From: an uncultured Chloroflexia bacterium
Lineage (GTDB): Bacteria; Chloroflexota; Ktedonobacteria; Ktedonobacterales; JADMIN01
Direction of reading: 5' to 3'
Assembly (NCBI GenBank): GCA_963718915.1
Contig: CAVRAI010000003.1
Span: forward strand, 510,001-542,000
DNA length: 32,000 nt
The notes beneath the pieces were generated by a model. The model worked only from the letters and a program-made list of their open reading frames with translations. It ran no database searches and had not been told where the DNA came from. Position numbers and translations under genes: made by a program. Positions 20,998 to 29,761 of this stretch are shown here, one piece after another (within the stretch, counting starts at the first letter, position 1; each line of letters begins with the position of its first letter).

Positions 20998-21739
20998 CTC
21001 GCGAAACAATACGCCACCACAGCCATCGGGCGATCCCTCGCTCGATACGCTGGCGCTGGCGGAGTGGCTGGCCGAGCTACGCGCCGCTGGCGACGTTCCA
21101 CAACTGAGCGCGCTGATCGCCGCTCTGCCGGATGCCGCTGGCGACCTGGCCGACGCGACGATGCTCGATGCGCTCGTGGCGGAGGCGGAAGCCGCTGATC
21201 TTCAGAGGGGAGAGAGGCAGCCAGATGTCGAAGGCATGCCCGAAGAAGCCACGTCGGTAGCGCTCTCACCTGGGACACAACGGGCCGTCGCCGATATCTT
21301 TGGCGTCTTTGGCGCGGGAGATGCGGCGGATACGCTCGCCATGGTCGCCGAGACTCCGGCCTCGTATGACGTAACAATGGAGACGGAAGCAGACGAGTCG
21401 GTCGGCTTGCTGGCGCTGGCGTATGGGCAGGGGATTGACGCGGAGACGCTTGCGGCGCGGATCATGCTCTCGCCTGACGTGTTGCGCTGGCTAGATCGCG
21501 TAGCGCTGCCGCTCGATCACCAGCCGGATGCGCTGGTCTTCCATCTGGTGGGCGCGCTGGGTGTGCCGCGCGAGCGTGTGCGGGAGGCACTGACCCTTGG
21601 AAATGGAGCCACGGCCGCCGACATAGATATAGATATAGACACAGGCGCGGGCGACCTCGCGGACGTGCTCACCACGAGCGCGTCGCTTACCACGGTCCAG
21701 CGCGCCTATTGGGCCGCGCAGCTTGCCGGGCATCGGTAG
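20987..21739 (+). CDS. acidic hypothetical protein translationally coupled to the sigma factor
   Basis: The ATG overlaps the sigma stop by 11 nt and is preceded by GGAGGAGG. 250 aa, Asp/Glu/Ala rich, no hydrophobic segment, and no motif I recognise. Confidence 0.55.
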   Translation: MVSNSRNNTPPQPSGDPSLDTLALAEWLAELRAAGDVPQLSALIAALPDAAGDLADATMLDALVAEAEAADLQRGERQPDVEGMPEEATSVALSPGTQRAVADIFGVFGAGDAADTLAMVAETPASYDVTMETEADESVGLLALAYGQGIDAETLAARIMLSPDVLRWLDRVALPLDHQPDALVFHLVGALGVPRERVREALTLGNGATAADIDIDIDTGAGDLADVLTTSASLTTVQRAYWAAQLAGHR

Positions 21740-21850
21740 GCGTCACCCAGAGAATCATCCCCGCGAAGAACTCCATGCTCGCTGGCGCAACCGTCGAAGC
21801 ATGGGAATCTCGCGGGGAATGAGATGATTGGTCGGACGCCCGGCGCACTA

Positions 21851-22213
21851 CTACTTGCTGGCGCTCTTCCCGGTCGCTGGCGTCAGATCGTCGCTCTCTT
21901 TGCGATGATGCGCTCGCTTGCCGCCGATGCGCCCAATCCGCGAATAGTGTTCGACTCCTTTATTCCGCTTGGTGCTTTCGCCACCTTTGCGTCCGATGTC
22001 AGTATAGAACTCTGAACCATGTCGCTCGCGGACTGTACTCCCGCCCTTTGTTCCAATACGAGAGTAGAAGGCGCTGCCGTACTTGTCGCGTGCCGCTGTC
22101 CCGCCACGCCTGGCTGCTTCTGTTCCAGGTTTGGGGCCTGGCTTGCGTCGCGGGCGTTTCTCACCGGTCACCTGGTCAAACACGAGGTCAGATGGAGAAA
22201 GATTCTCCGGCAT
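21851..22213 (-). CDS. KGG-repeat general stress protein (YciG/GsiB-like)
   Basis: Three repeats: FYSRIGTKGG, FYTDIGRKGG, HYSRIGRIGG. Basic and low complexity. SD AGAGGAGA lies 5 nt upstream. Confidence 0.7.
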   Translation of the reverse strand: MPENLSPSDLVFDQVTGEKRPRRKPGPKPGTEAARRGGTAARDKYGSAFYSRIGTKGGSTVRERHGSEFYTDIGRKGGESTKRNKGVEHYSRIGRIGGKRAHHRKESDDLTPATGKSASK

Positions 22214-22581
22214 CAGACGTCTCCTCTACATGAAGTCGTGGCGCGCGCGAACCGGGGCAGCCAGATATGGACGTCGTGTCCAACCAGCCAGCGCGTGTTA
22301 TCCATGGGGACCTGGGTCATCGTTCCACCGCATTCGTAATCTGTGATGCCAAAAGTCATGTGCGCATCATATTTTTGGCTGCTAAAGTTACTTTACAGTT
22401 GATTCTTTTTGAAGTCACTGTCAGCGCGCGCCCCAAACGTCGCATATGGAGCAAATCCGCTCCGTTCGTCTCTAAATGTGACTAAATGACGCATATGTTG
22501 CAGTCTGATTTCTTGCTCGCGAAAGCGATTGCGGCCACTTGGGTCGCGGATACCGGAGTCAACCAGGGGGAGTCATCTTCG

Positions 22582-23841
22582 ATGTACGAACTGGGCAAGG
22601 ACGCTGCGGATGAACACTGGTACGGGGTGCAAGAGGCAGCGAGTTATCTGGGAGTCCATCGAGCAACACTTTTCCGTGCGCTTCGCAGTGGGCTTATCAT
22701 TGCCGACCGCACGACCCCGAAAGGACGCGCCCGCTTTCGGTTAGCAACCCTTATGGCCTTTCGCGATCAGTTACGCCATCAGGCGGCTACGAGCCGGGAG
22801 CACGCCTATGCGCCAATGCTCGTGCTGGCGAAGCTGGCTGGTCTGGGCAGGTCCCTTGCCCCAACCGAGCGCAGTATCGCCGTGATGGAAGAAACGGTGC
22901 GGCTGCTCTGTTCATCGAATGGCAACTACGATATCGCCTGTGTCGCCGTCCTTGCCCCATCTGAGGCCGACCCCTATGCGCTCAAGACGCTGGCCGAGTG
23001 TGGTCTGCCTGAGCGCCTGAAGGCGTCCTACACCTGCCTGCGCCCGTATATTCAATTTCCGGTCAATGTTGTCTCGCATACAGGTGACGCAGCGATCTGC
23101 GAAGATATCAGCACCCAGACGACTCCCCATGTGACCGCGCAGCGTGTCATGATGCAGAGCAATATTGCCTCCTATGCGGTCTACCCGATTGTCGCTGGCA
23201 GCGGCGAATCAAACGCGATTCTGGGCGTGCTGGTCGTGTGTGGGCACGCGCCGCACAAATACTCCGAGCAGGAACAGACATTTCTTGCCGGAGTCGCCGA
23301 TGCGCTGAGCACCTGTATCACGCAGGGATCACGGCTTATGGGTCTCGACCTGAATGGCGAGATCAACCGACTGACGCCAGCGACGACGCTCGATATTGTC
23401 TCACACCTGCTGGAAACCGCCTATGCGCGGACACGGTGTCCCGATACGGCGCGTTCGCCGATGCTGCCAGTCGAGGCGCTCTGTAATCTCGTGGTGGAGC
23501 AGTCGCATGCGCTGGCGACCTGGGTCTGTGGCTTCCCTCCGCGGGCCTGCGGCAACACAGTCGATACTACCCTGGAGGATGACGTCCTTCGCCAGTATCG
23601 GAGCAATCTCCAGTCATTGGTGCTGCGCACACGCACGGCAGATAGCCTGAAACGCGAGCAATGGCAGAACAAAGTCACGGCCATCGCGTTCCCTGTGCCG
23701 CTGCCCTACGGGAGGTCTGGCGCGGTCGGCGCGGTGTGGCCCGGCGTGCGGATGGCGGTTGAGGCGGAGGGAGTCGTGCTATCCACCCTGGCGAGCGCGT
23801 GTTCTCTGGTGTCACAATATGCATCAGGTGGATGCGATTGA
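22582..23841 (+). CDS. excisionase/MerR-type HTH plus GAF-like domain regulator
   Basis: WYGVQEAASYLGVHRATLFRALRSG is an HTH_17-like motif, followed by a GAF-like region (..YDIACVAVL...ASYAVYPIVAGSGESNAILGVLVVCG). GGGGGAG lies 9 nt before ATG 22582; ATG 22486 is the longest-ORF alternative. Confidence 0.6.
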   Translation: MYELGKDAADEHWYGVQEAASYLGVHRATLFRALRSGLIIADRTTPKGRARFRLATLMAFRDQLRHQAATSREHAYAPMLVLAKLAGLGRSLAPTERSIAVMEETVRLLCSSNGNYDIACVAVLAPSEADPYALKTLAECGLPERLKASYTCLRPYIQFPVNVVSHTGDAAICEDISTQTTPHVTAQRVMMQSNIASYAVYPIVAGSGESNAILGVLVVCGHAPHKYSEQEQTFLAGVADALSTCITQGSRLMGLDLNGEINRLTPATTLDIVSHLLETAYARTRCPDTARSPMLPVEALCNLVVEQSHALATWVCGFPPRACGNTVDTTLEDDVLRQYRSNLQSLVLRTRTADSLKREQWQNKVTAIAFPVPLPYGRSGAVGAVWPGVRMAVEAEGVVLSTLASACSLVSQYASGGCD

Positions 23842-23902
23842 GCGCAAGAGAGCGCACAGGAAACGCCACGGCGAGCATGGTAAACAGGGCAGGGAGAATA
23901 GC

Positions 23903-25164
23903 ATGGCAGGCGGCGGCGCGCTGATATCGTCAGTGGGTATCGTCGGCGCGAATATCGCCGGGGTAAGCGCCGCCGAGATGTTGCGGCGGCTGGGATATGA
24001 TGGCCGGATTGTGCTCATTGGCGCTGAAACGGCGCTCCCCTATGAGCGTCCCCCACTTTCCAAAGAATATCTGGCGGGCCAGTTCGACGAGGAGCGATTG
24101 ACGCTCCGGCCACGTGCGTTCTATGACGAGCAGCGCATCGAGTTGTGGCTGGGGCGGCGCGCCACCGCACTCGACGCCGCGACACGCACGATCACCCTGG
24201 CCAGCGGCGAGCGCCACCGCTTTGATCGTCTCGTGCTGGCCACTGGCTGCGAATTGTTGCCGTTCCCGGTACCCGGAGCCGACCTGCCCGGCGTCTATGC
24301 ACTACGCACGCTGGCGGATGCCCAGGTGTTGCGTGCGGCGCTACGTGCGGGGGCAAGCCAGCGCGGGCGGGCGGTTGTGATTGGCGCGGGTTTCATCGGC
24401 TCAGAGGTGGCGGCGGCGTGCCGGATGGCGGGGATGGATGTCACGCTGATCGAGATGCTCCCAGTTCCGCTGGAGCGCGCGCTTGGCCCGGAGATGGGCG
24501 CGCTGCTTGCCGAGGCGCATCGCGCGCGGGGCGTCGAGGTGCTCACTGGCGAGACCGTGGCTGCCATCCGTGGCGCGGAGCGGGCCGAAGAGGTCGTGAC
24601 GGGCAGTGGCGCGCGTATCCCCTGCGCCTTTGTCGTAGTGGGAACGGGAGTGCGCCCGGCGCTAGGCTGGCTCGCCGATTCGGGGCTGGCGCTCGAGAAC
24701 GGTGTGATGGTTGACGCCACCTGCGAGAGCAGCGCGCCCGGCATCTTCGCGGCGGGCGACATCGCCAACTGGCCCTACCAGCCAGCCGCGACCGCGCCAG
24801 CGCTCCGGGTGCGCCTGGAACACTGGGATAACGCGCTCCGCCAGGGCGAGACCGTGGCGCGCAATCTGCTCGGCGAAGGCGCCGTCTACCATCATATCCC
24901 CTATTTCTGGTCTGACCAGTACGACCTGAAGCTGCAATTTGTGGGCTATACGCCTGAGTGGGATGAAATCGTCGTGCGCGGCGCCCCCCGGAATCGTTCG
25001 TCGCCTTCTATCTGCGGGATGGCCGGGTGCGCGCGGCGTTTTCGAACAACCGGCAGCGCGATCTGGTCACGCTGAAGAAGCTGGTTGCCGCCGACCCAGT
25101 GCTGCCCGCGGCGCTGTTAGCCGACGATCAGCAGCCACTGAAAGAGCTGCTCAAGCTGGTGTGA
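23903..25164 (+). pseudogene. ferredoxin/rubredoxin-NAD(P)+ reductase family flavoprotein, frameshifted near the 3' end (or a sequencing error)
   Basis: GGGAGA precedes ATG 23903. FAD site VGIVGANIAGVSAA and NAD site AVVIGAGFIGSEVAA, plus FAAGDIA. After the C6 run at 24984-24989 the family-typical C-terminus ESFVAFYLRDGRVRAAFSNNRQRDLVTLKKLV...* continues in another frame to 25164. The called ORF ends at 25075 in non-homologous sequence. Confidence 0.7.
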
Positions 25165-25182
25165 CCGCGCTCCGTCAGGCCG

Positions 25183-26121
25183 TCAGGGCTTGCAGGCCCA
25201 TTCCCGCCAGCTATTGCCGTCGCGGTGGAAGATTTCGTAGGCGGCATGGATGTTCTTGTCGTAGTCGAACGGCGAATAGGCGGCATAGGATGTCGTATTC
25301 CAGGTGCTTGGGTAGAGAATCTGGAAGACCCCTGAGGCGTGGCTGTTGCCAATGGGATACGAATTGACGGCGTTGGGATCGTAGCCAGACTCACACCGGG
25401 CGATATTGAGCGCCCCCGCCGCGTATTGCCCGAAGACGGCGTTGATCTCGTTGATGATGACCTGCTGGCCAGGGTTGGCGCCTTTGACCGGCCCGGTATA
25501 GCTGGGCTTCGGTTTCGGCGTGGCCGTCGGGGTTGGCACGAAGAGGAACCCGCCCGCGGATGTGGCGAACTGGCCACTGGTGGCCGCCGCCATGCTCTGG
25601 CCGAGCGGCGTGGTGGCAGCAAGCGTGCTGGCCAACGCGACCGTTGCGATCAGTGCGACGAGAAACTGCATCAGGAATGAGCGCGGCCCGTTGCGCCGGG
25701 GAACCACCCTGGCCGCCGGGCGAGGCGGTCTGGCCGCGCCGCGAATCAGCAGCGCGGTTGACTCGTGATTGCCGACGGCAGGCGCCAGCGTGCGGTGGGC
25801 CGCGACCGGGGCGAGCGCCATCGACCGCACCTCCGCGTCGGCTGAGCGTATCTCGTCTTCCAGCCCCGGCAGCGTCTGCGGACGTATCGGCATGGTGGGT
25901 CGGGCGGCGCGGCGCATCGGTGGGCGTGTGAGCCGGGGGGACTGTGCTGGCGAGCCGGTCGGTGGGCGCGCTGCTGTGACCGTCGGCGCATCATCCAGCG
26001 CATGCGCGTCGGATAGTGGCGGCAGCGGCGGCAGATCAGACGCGGGCGATGACGCGACGGTTGGCGTCTCATCAGGCGAGCTATCGTTCTGCTGGGGGAA
26101 GTGAGGCTCCTGCGGGTGCAT
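25183..26121 (-). CDS. membrane-anchored lytic transglycosylase (SLT/GH23-like domain) with a Pro-rich N-terminal region
   Basis: AAGGAGGAG lies 5 nt before ATG 26121; the longer ORF to 26490 runs into the repeat cluster. TM helix FLMQFLVALIATVALASTLAA. C-terminal CESGYDPNAVN...ASGVFQILYPSTW matches the ES..(n)P.A.S..GA.GLMQ SLT signature. Confidence 0.65.
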   Translation of the reverse strand: MHPQEPHFPQQNDSSPDETPTVASSPASDLPPLPPLSDAHALDDAPTVTAARPPTGSPAQSPRLTRPPMRRAARPTMPIRPQTLPGLEDEIRSADAEVRSMALAPVAAHRTLAPAVGNHESTALLIRGAARPPRPAARVVPRRNGPRSFLMQFLVALIATVALASTLAATTPLGQSMAAATSGQFATSAGGFLFVPTPTATPKPKPSYTGPVKGANPGQQVIINEINAVFGQYAAGALNIARCESGYDPNAVNSYPIGNSHASGVFQILYPSTWNTTSYAAYSPFDYDKNIHAAYEIFHRDGNSWREWACKP

Positions 26122-26341
26122 CGCATCTCCTCCTTTGCCGCGATGAATCAGTCTACCTGCGCCTAGGCATGCGCCAATCAGCGCGCCGGGCAAGCATGGC
26201 ATCCTGGTTTTCCACAAGGCTGAGTATGCCATGTCATCGCGCGCGAGGCTACTGGATAGGCACATCGTACCCGGCCAGACGAGATGCGGCGGATCGGAGT
26301 CGCACGGAGGCTGTATAGCGATACTCATACGAAATCCGTCT

Positions 26342-26648
26342 GGGTTGTTGGTGGTTTCGAGGGCAGGCAAGTCGTAGCGTATTGTCGTTTTCGCATGTGC
26401 GACGGACACGCGCGTTGCGGTGGGGTGAGCAAGCCGTAGCGTGAACGCTACGGCGAATAGGCCTGGGAGGTGGGAAATTCGCCGTAGCATTTATGCTACG
26501 GTCTGCCTCGCCCGCCACAACGCGCGGTGTTCGGCGTACATAGTAAAACGACAATACGCTACAGCGAGTGGGTGGACGAGGCTGCGGCCGAGGAAATTCG
26601 CCGTGGCCTTCAGGCTACGGTGGGCGCCTGAACCACAACAACTCACCC
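26342..26648. repeat. family-B REP/BIME-like cluster, copy 2: ~307 bp nested imperfect palindrome
   Basis: Concentric inverted repeats 26342-26361/26628-26648, 26371-26394/26543-26565 and 26407-26440/26495-26529, around the core GCCGTAGCGtgaaCGCTACGGCGAAT...GAAATTCGCCGTAGCATttATGCTACGG. An extra unit GAAATTCGCCGTGGCcttcagGCTACGG lies at 26593-26620. Confidence 0.8.
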
Positions 26649-26686
26649 GAAATCAGTATCAGAGGATGCCGTAAAACCGCGAGCTG

Positions 26687-27082
26687 TTATGCGGGCGGCA
26701 GTTTGCGGCTGGCGATGATCTCCAGCAGCTTGTCCAAGTCGAAGGGCTTATGGACGACTGGCACCGAGAGGTCAGAGAGCAGGTGCACAAACGCCAGGCT
26801 GAGCGTCTGATGGCTTGCGGTCATCAAAATGTACCTGTGGCGCTGTAGTCGCCGGGTGTCGCCCGCGACGGTCCCCAACAGCCCGGCTCCATCGATCCGG
26901 GGCATCATCAAATCGAGCAGAACGATCATTGGGCTGGGCGTTTTGCGCAGATACTCCAGCGCCTGAAGGCCATCGTGCGCCTCGAAGACAGCGTAGCCAG
27001 CATCTTCCAGCAGGGAGCGGAGGTTCTCACGAATAGCGATTTCGTCATCGACAATGAGGATGCTCGTTTTGATGGCGCTCAA
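26687..27082 (-). CDS. stand-alone response regulator receiver (CheY-like)
   Basis: 131 aa. ILIVDDE, the phospho-acceptor context VLLDLMMPRIDG and a conserved K in HKPF. TTG start preceded by AAGGGGAG. Confidence 0.8.
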   Translation of the reverse strand: MSAIKTSILIVDDEIAIRENLRSLLEDAGYAVFEAHDGLQALEYLRKTPSPMIVLLDLMMPRIDGAGLLGTVAGDTRRLQRHRYILMTASHQTLSLAFVHLLSDLSVPVVHKPFDLDKLLEIIASRKLPPA

Positions 27083-27310
27083 ACCGTCTCCCCTTTATGT
27101 GGCGCTCTGCGGTTGATATTGCCGCTTCGTATGACTGCATGCTATGATAGCACGGCACATCGCTGGGTTGATCTGGTGAATTGGCCGTGTGCGAGTGCCA
27201 TGAACGCAGGGTGTCAACCGCTGCAAGAGCGTTGCGATGCTCCTCGAAACCCCGCTCGCGGTGTGATATATAGCATGACTCGTGCCAGCTCTGCCTGCCT
27301 GTCTTAAATA

Positions 27311-27928
27311 TCACGGAATCTGCTCCGGATCGGTAACTACACCTCGCAGCAGGAGACGGGTTGAGGTCTCGACCTGTTCGTGCCAGTTTGTCGCCTGCGG
27401 ATCAATCATCCAGAGCAACCCAAGGCCTTCATACAGCCCGGTGACTGCGATAGCCACCTCGGTTGGGTTGATGTCTGGACGAAACTCGCCTTGCGCGATT
27501 CCCCGCTGGATCAACTCTTCCATAATCACTCGATATTCGGCGAAGTAGGTGCGCAGGTGCTGGCGAATAACGGCATGGCGCGCAGCCACCGCATAGAGCT
27601 GGAGACTTACGGGCTGCAAGCTGATCATGCGGTCCATTTCGCGCACCATCTGGCGTGTCAGCGTCATCAGGTGTGTTGTCACTGAACCCTCACTGGCCGC
27701 CAGCGAGCGGATCTGTTTGAGCGCCTGGTCGAAGAATACCTGGAGCAAACGCCCGATGATAGCGTCTTTGCTTTTGTAATAGAGATAGAGCGCCCCTTTA
27801 CTGACGCCAGCCTCTTTGGCGATATCGTCCATGCTGGCGCGCTCGAATCCCAGCCGCGAAAAGACCGCAAACGCGGCGTCCATGATTTGATGGCGACGCT
27901 GCTCGCTGACATCCTGCCGTGGGGCCAT
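27311..27928 (-). CDS. TetR/AcrR family transcriptional regulator
   Basis: RRHQIMDAAFAVFSRLGFERASMDDIAKEAGVSKGALYLYYKSKDAI is a canonical TetR N-terminal HTH. SD GGGAGG is upstream. Last gene of the ABC operon. Confidence 0.85.
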   Translation of the reverse strand: MAPRQDVSEQRRHQIMDAAFAVFSRLGFERASMDDIAKEAGVSKGALYLYYKSKDAIIGRLLQVFFDQALKQIRSLAASEGSVTTHLMTLTRQMVREMDRMISLQPVSLQLYAVAARHAVIRQHLRTYFAEYRVIMEELIQRGIAQGEFRPDINPTEVAIAVTGLYEGLGLLWMIDPQATNWHEQVETSTRLLLRGVVTDPEQIP

Positions 27929-28010
27929 CTCTTACCTGCCTCCCTGTCGCCACGAAGCTCCCCCGCCGCCGGCCGGACGAGGGAGCAGGGAGCACTAGCT
28001 GTGTCTCCTC

Positions 28011-28842
28011 CTATTGTAGCGTGTCGCGCCCGGCTGTGGATAGCGCCTGGGCGGACTGTGTCGCCGGGCGCGAAGGCGCCGCCTGAATGCTCCAGATGCG
28101 CGTCTTCCACCAGAAGATGACCAGGCCCACGAGCGCGAAGCCGACGAACCACGCCAGGGCTAACAGGATGCTCCCGCCCGGTACGCCATGGCCAAATCCA
28201 CCGCTGACAGCCACCTGCATCGGCCCAAAGCTCGGAAACGCGGCCAGGAAATCCTTGTTCGCCAGCGGATTCTCGACGGGCGCCTGCAAGAGCGTATCCA
28301 TGAGGCTCACCATGATGATGAGAAAGAAGCCTGCCAGCTCGCTGGAAACCAGGACACCCAGCAGCAGACCCAGCGCCCCATAAATCAAAGTGTCCAGCAG
28401 GTAGCCCAGCCAGATCGCGCCGAACCCGGCGGAGTGCCAGAAGAAGAGCAGCACCAGCGTCGCGTAGAGTGAGACGAGCGCCGCGACGACAATGATCGCC
28501 GTCGTTTTGGCAGCGATGGCCACCGGTCGCGGTAGCCCCGCCAGCGCCAGTCGCCGGTCGAACGCGGTGTTGCGCCGGGCCGCGGCGAAGATCATGAAGG
28601 CCACGATGAGCGTGATGGCATTGAATCCCGAGGTCGACCACGGTCAGGTCGTGGCCGTTGACCTGGAGAAAGGCGCCTGTGCTCTGCAACTTGAACGCCA
28701 CAGGATCATTGGAAATGAGCGCGCCAAAGAGCCAGTCCCATATCGGCACGAAGATCAGCAGCAGCCCCAGCGCAAAGCGGTTGCGCGCCTGCTCGATCAG
28801 CGCGAAACGCGCGGCGGTGACAAAACGCTTCCAGGATGACAC
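28011..28842 (-). pseudogene. ABC-2 type transporter permease, frameshifted (or a sequencing error)
   Basis: The N-terminal ~72 codons are in the frame of ORF 27679..28842 (MSSWKRFVTAARFALIEQARNRFALGLLLIFVPIW...VNGHDLTVVDLG). The rest, ..FNAITLIVAFMIFAAARRN... with 5 more TM helices, is in the frame of ORF 28011..28604. The switch is at the CCC run 28627-28629. Total length is 832 nt (3n+1). Confidence 0.7.
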
Positions 28843-28844
28843 GG

Positions 28845-29492
28845 CTAGACCCCCTTCATCTCACGATACGGACCGGAATGCTCAATCGGCAGTTTCGTCA
28901 GTTGGCCGTTTTCTAGTTGGTAGAGCGCGTCGAAGCGCTGCTGATCGAAGAGCAGGTGCGAGATGACCAGCACCGCGCGGCCTTCATCGCGTAGCTGCTC
29001 GGCCAACTCCCAGAAGTGGAGATAGGTTTCCCAGTCGAATCCCTGGTATGGCTCGTCCAGCAGCAACACATCCGGCTGGTGCATCAGCGCCAGCGTGAGG
29101 TTGACCTTCTGCTTCGTGCCGCCAGAGAGGGCGCTGACAGCCATCGTCCGGTACTGCTGGTAGCCGAGGCTGGCGATCAATGTCTCGGCGTACGAGAGGT
29201 CGGCGAGATTGTACGCGGCGCCGAAGTAGGCGAGATGCTGGTTCACCGTCAGTGTCTCGTTCAGCGCCGCCGCCTGCGGGCAGTATCCCAGCGCGCCGCT
29301 CCGGGTGATGGCGCCGTGGTGGGGGCGAAGCTCGCCCGCAAGGATGCGCAGCAAGGTGGACTTGCCCGCGCCGTTCTCGCCGACGATGCCCACCAGCGTA
29401 CCCGGCGCGACGGCCAGAGTGACGCCGCGCAGAATCTTGTGCCGACCGAACGAGCGCGTAATGTGTTCGGCGCGTAACAGCGGTTCAGACAT
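28845..29492 (-). CDS. ABC transporter ATP-binding protein
   Basis: Walker A GENGAGKST, signature LSGGTKQK, Walker B VLLLDEP. AGGAGAG lies ~7 nt before ATG 29492. The stop is 2 nt from the permease GTG at 28842. Confidence 0.85.
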   Translation of the reverse strand: MSEPLLRAEHITRSFGRHKILRGVTLAVAPGTLVGIVGENGAGKSTLLRILAGELRPHHGAITRSGALGYCPQAAALNETLTVNQHLAYFGAAYNLADLSYAETLIASLGYQQYRTMAVSALSGGTKQKVNLTLALMHQPDVLLLDEPYQGFDWETYLHFWELAEQLRDEGRAVLVISHLLFDQQRFDALYQLENGQLTKLPIEHSGPYREMKGV

Positions 29493-29598
29493 ACATACTC
29501 TCTCCTGATGTGAAGGGTGCAGGATCCGATGCACGGGAATCGCGCGCAAATGCTCCGCGATGCGGTGTCGCGTCTCCTCGATGTACAGTGTTGCAACA

Positions 29599-29647
29599 TG
29601 ACTGACCGGTCAGTCACAATAATATATCGTATTGTGATGGGTGTCAA
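29599..29647 (-). promoter_or_regulatory. promoter of the ABC/TetR operon with an overlapping palindromic operator
   Basis: On the minus strand: TTGACA (29647-29642), 17 bp spacer, TATTAT (29624-29619), followed immediately by the perfect 18-bp palindrome TGACTGACCGGTCAGTCA (29599-29616). A second inverted repeat CACAAT..ATTGTG (29615-29636) spans the -10. Confidence 0.5.
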
Positions 29648-29761
29648 CCCTATAATCTGGCATGGTTGAATGCTACCGACTTTTCAGGGCAGGTGTGGTG
29701 GGAGGCGTAGGTGTAATGGCAGTGGCGCGTGGCACAGCGAACGTGAACGGGAGGGCATGAT

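Noticed and set aside
27679-28842. 387-aa ORF that spans the permease, the intergenic gap and part of the TetR gene.
   Set aside because: Only its first ~72 codons look like a membrane protein. The remainder is Arg/Gly/Ala-rich out-of-frame sequence overlapping the real permease frame (28011..28604) and the TetR gene. It is explained by a single-base frameshift near 28627-28629.
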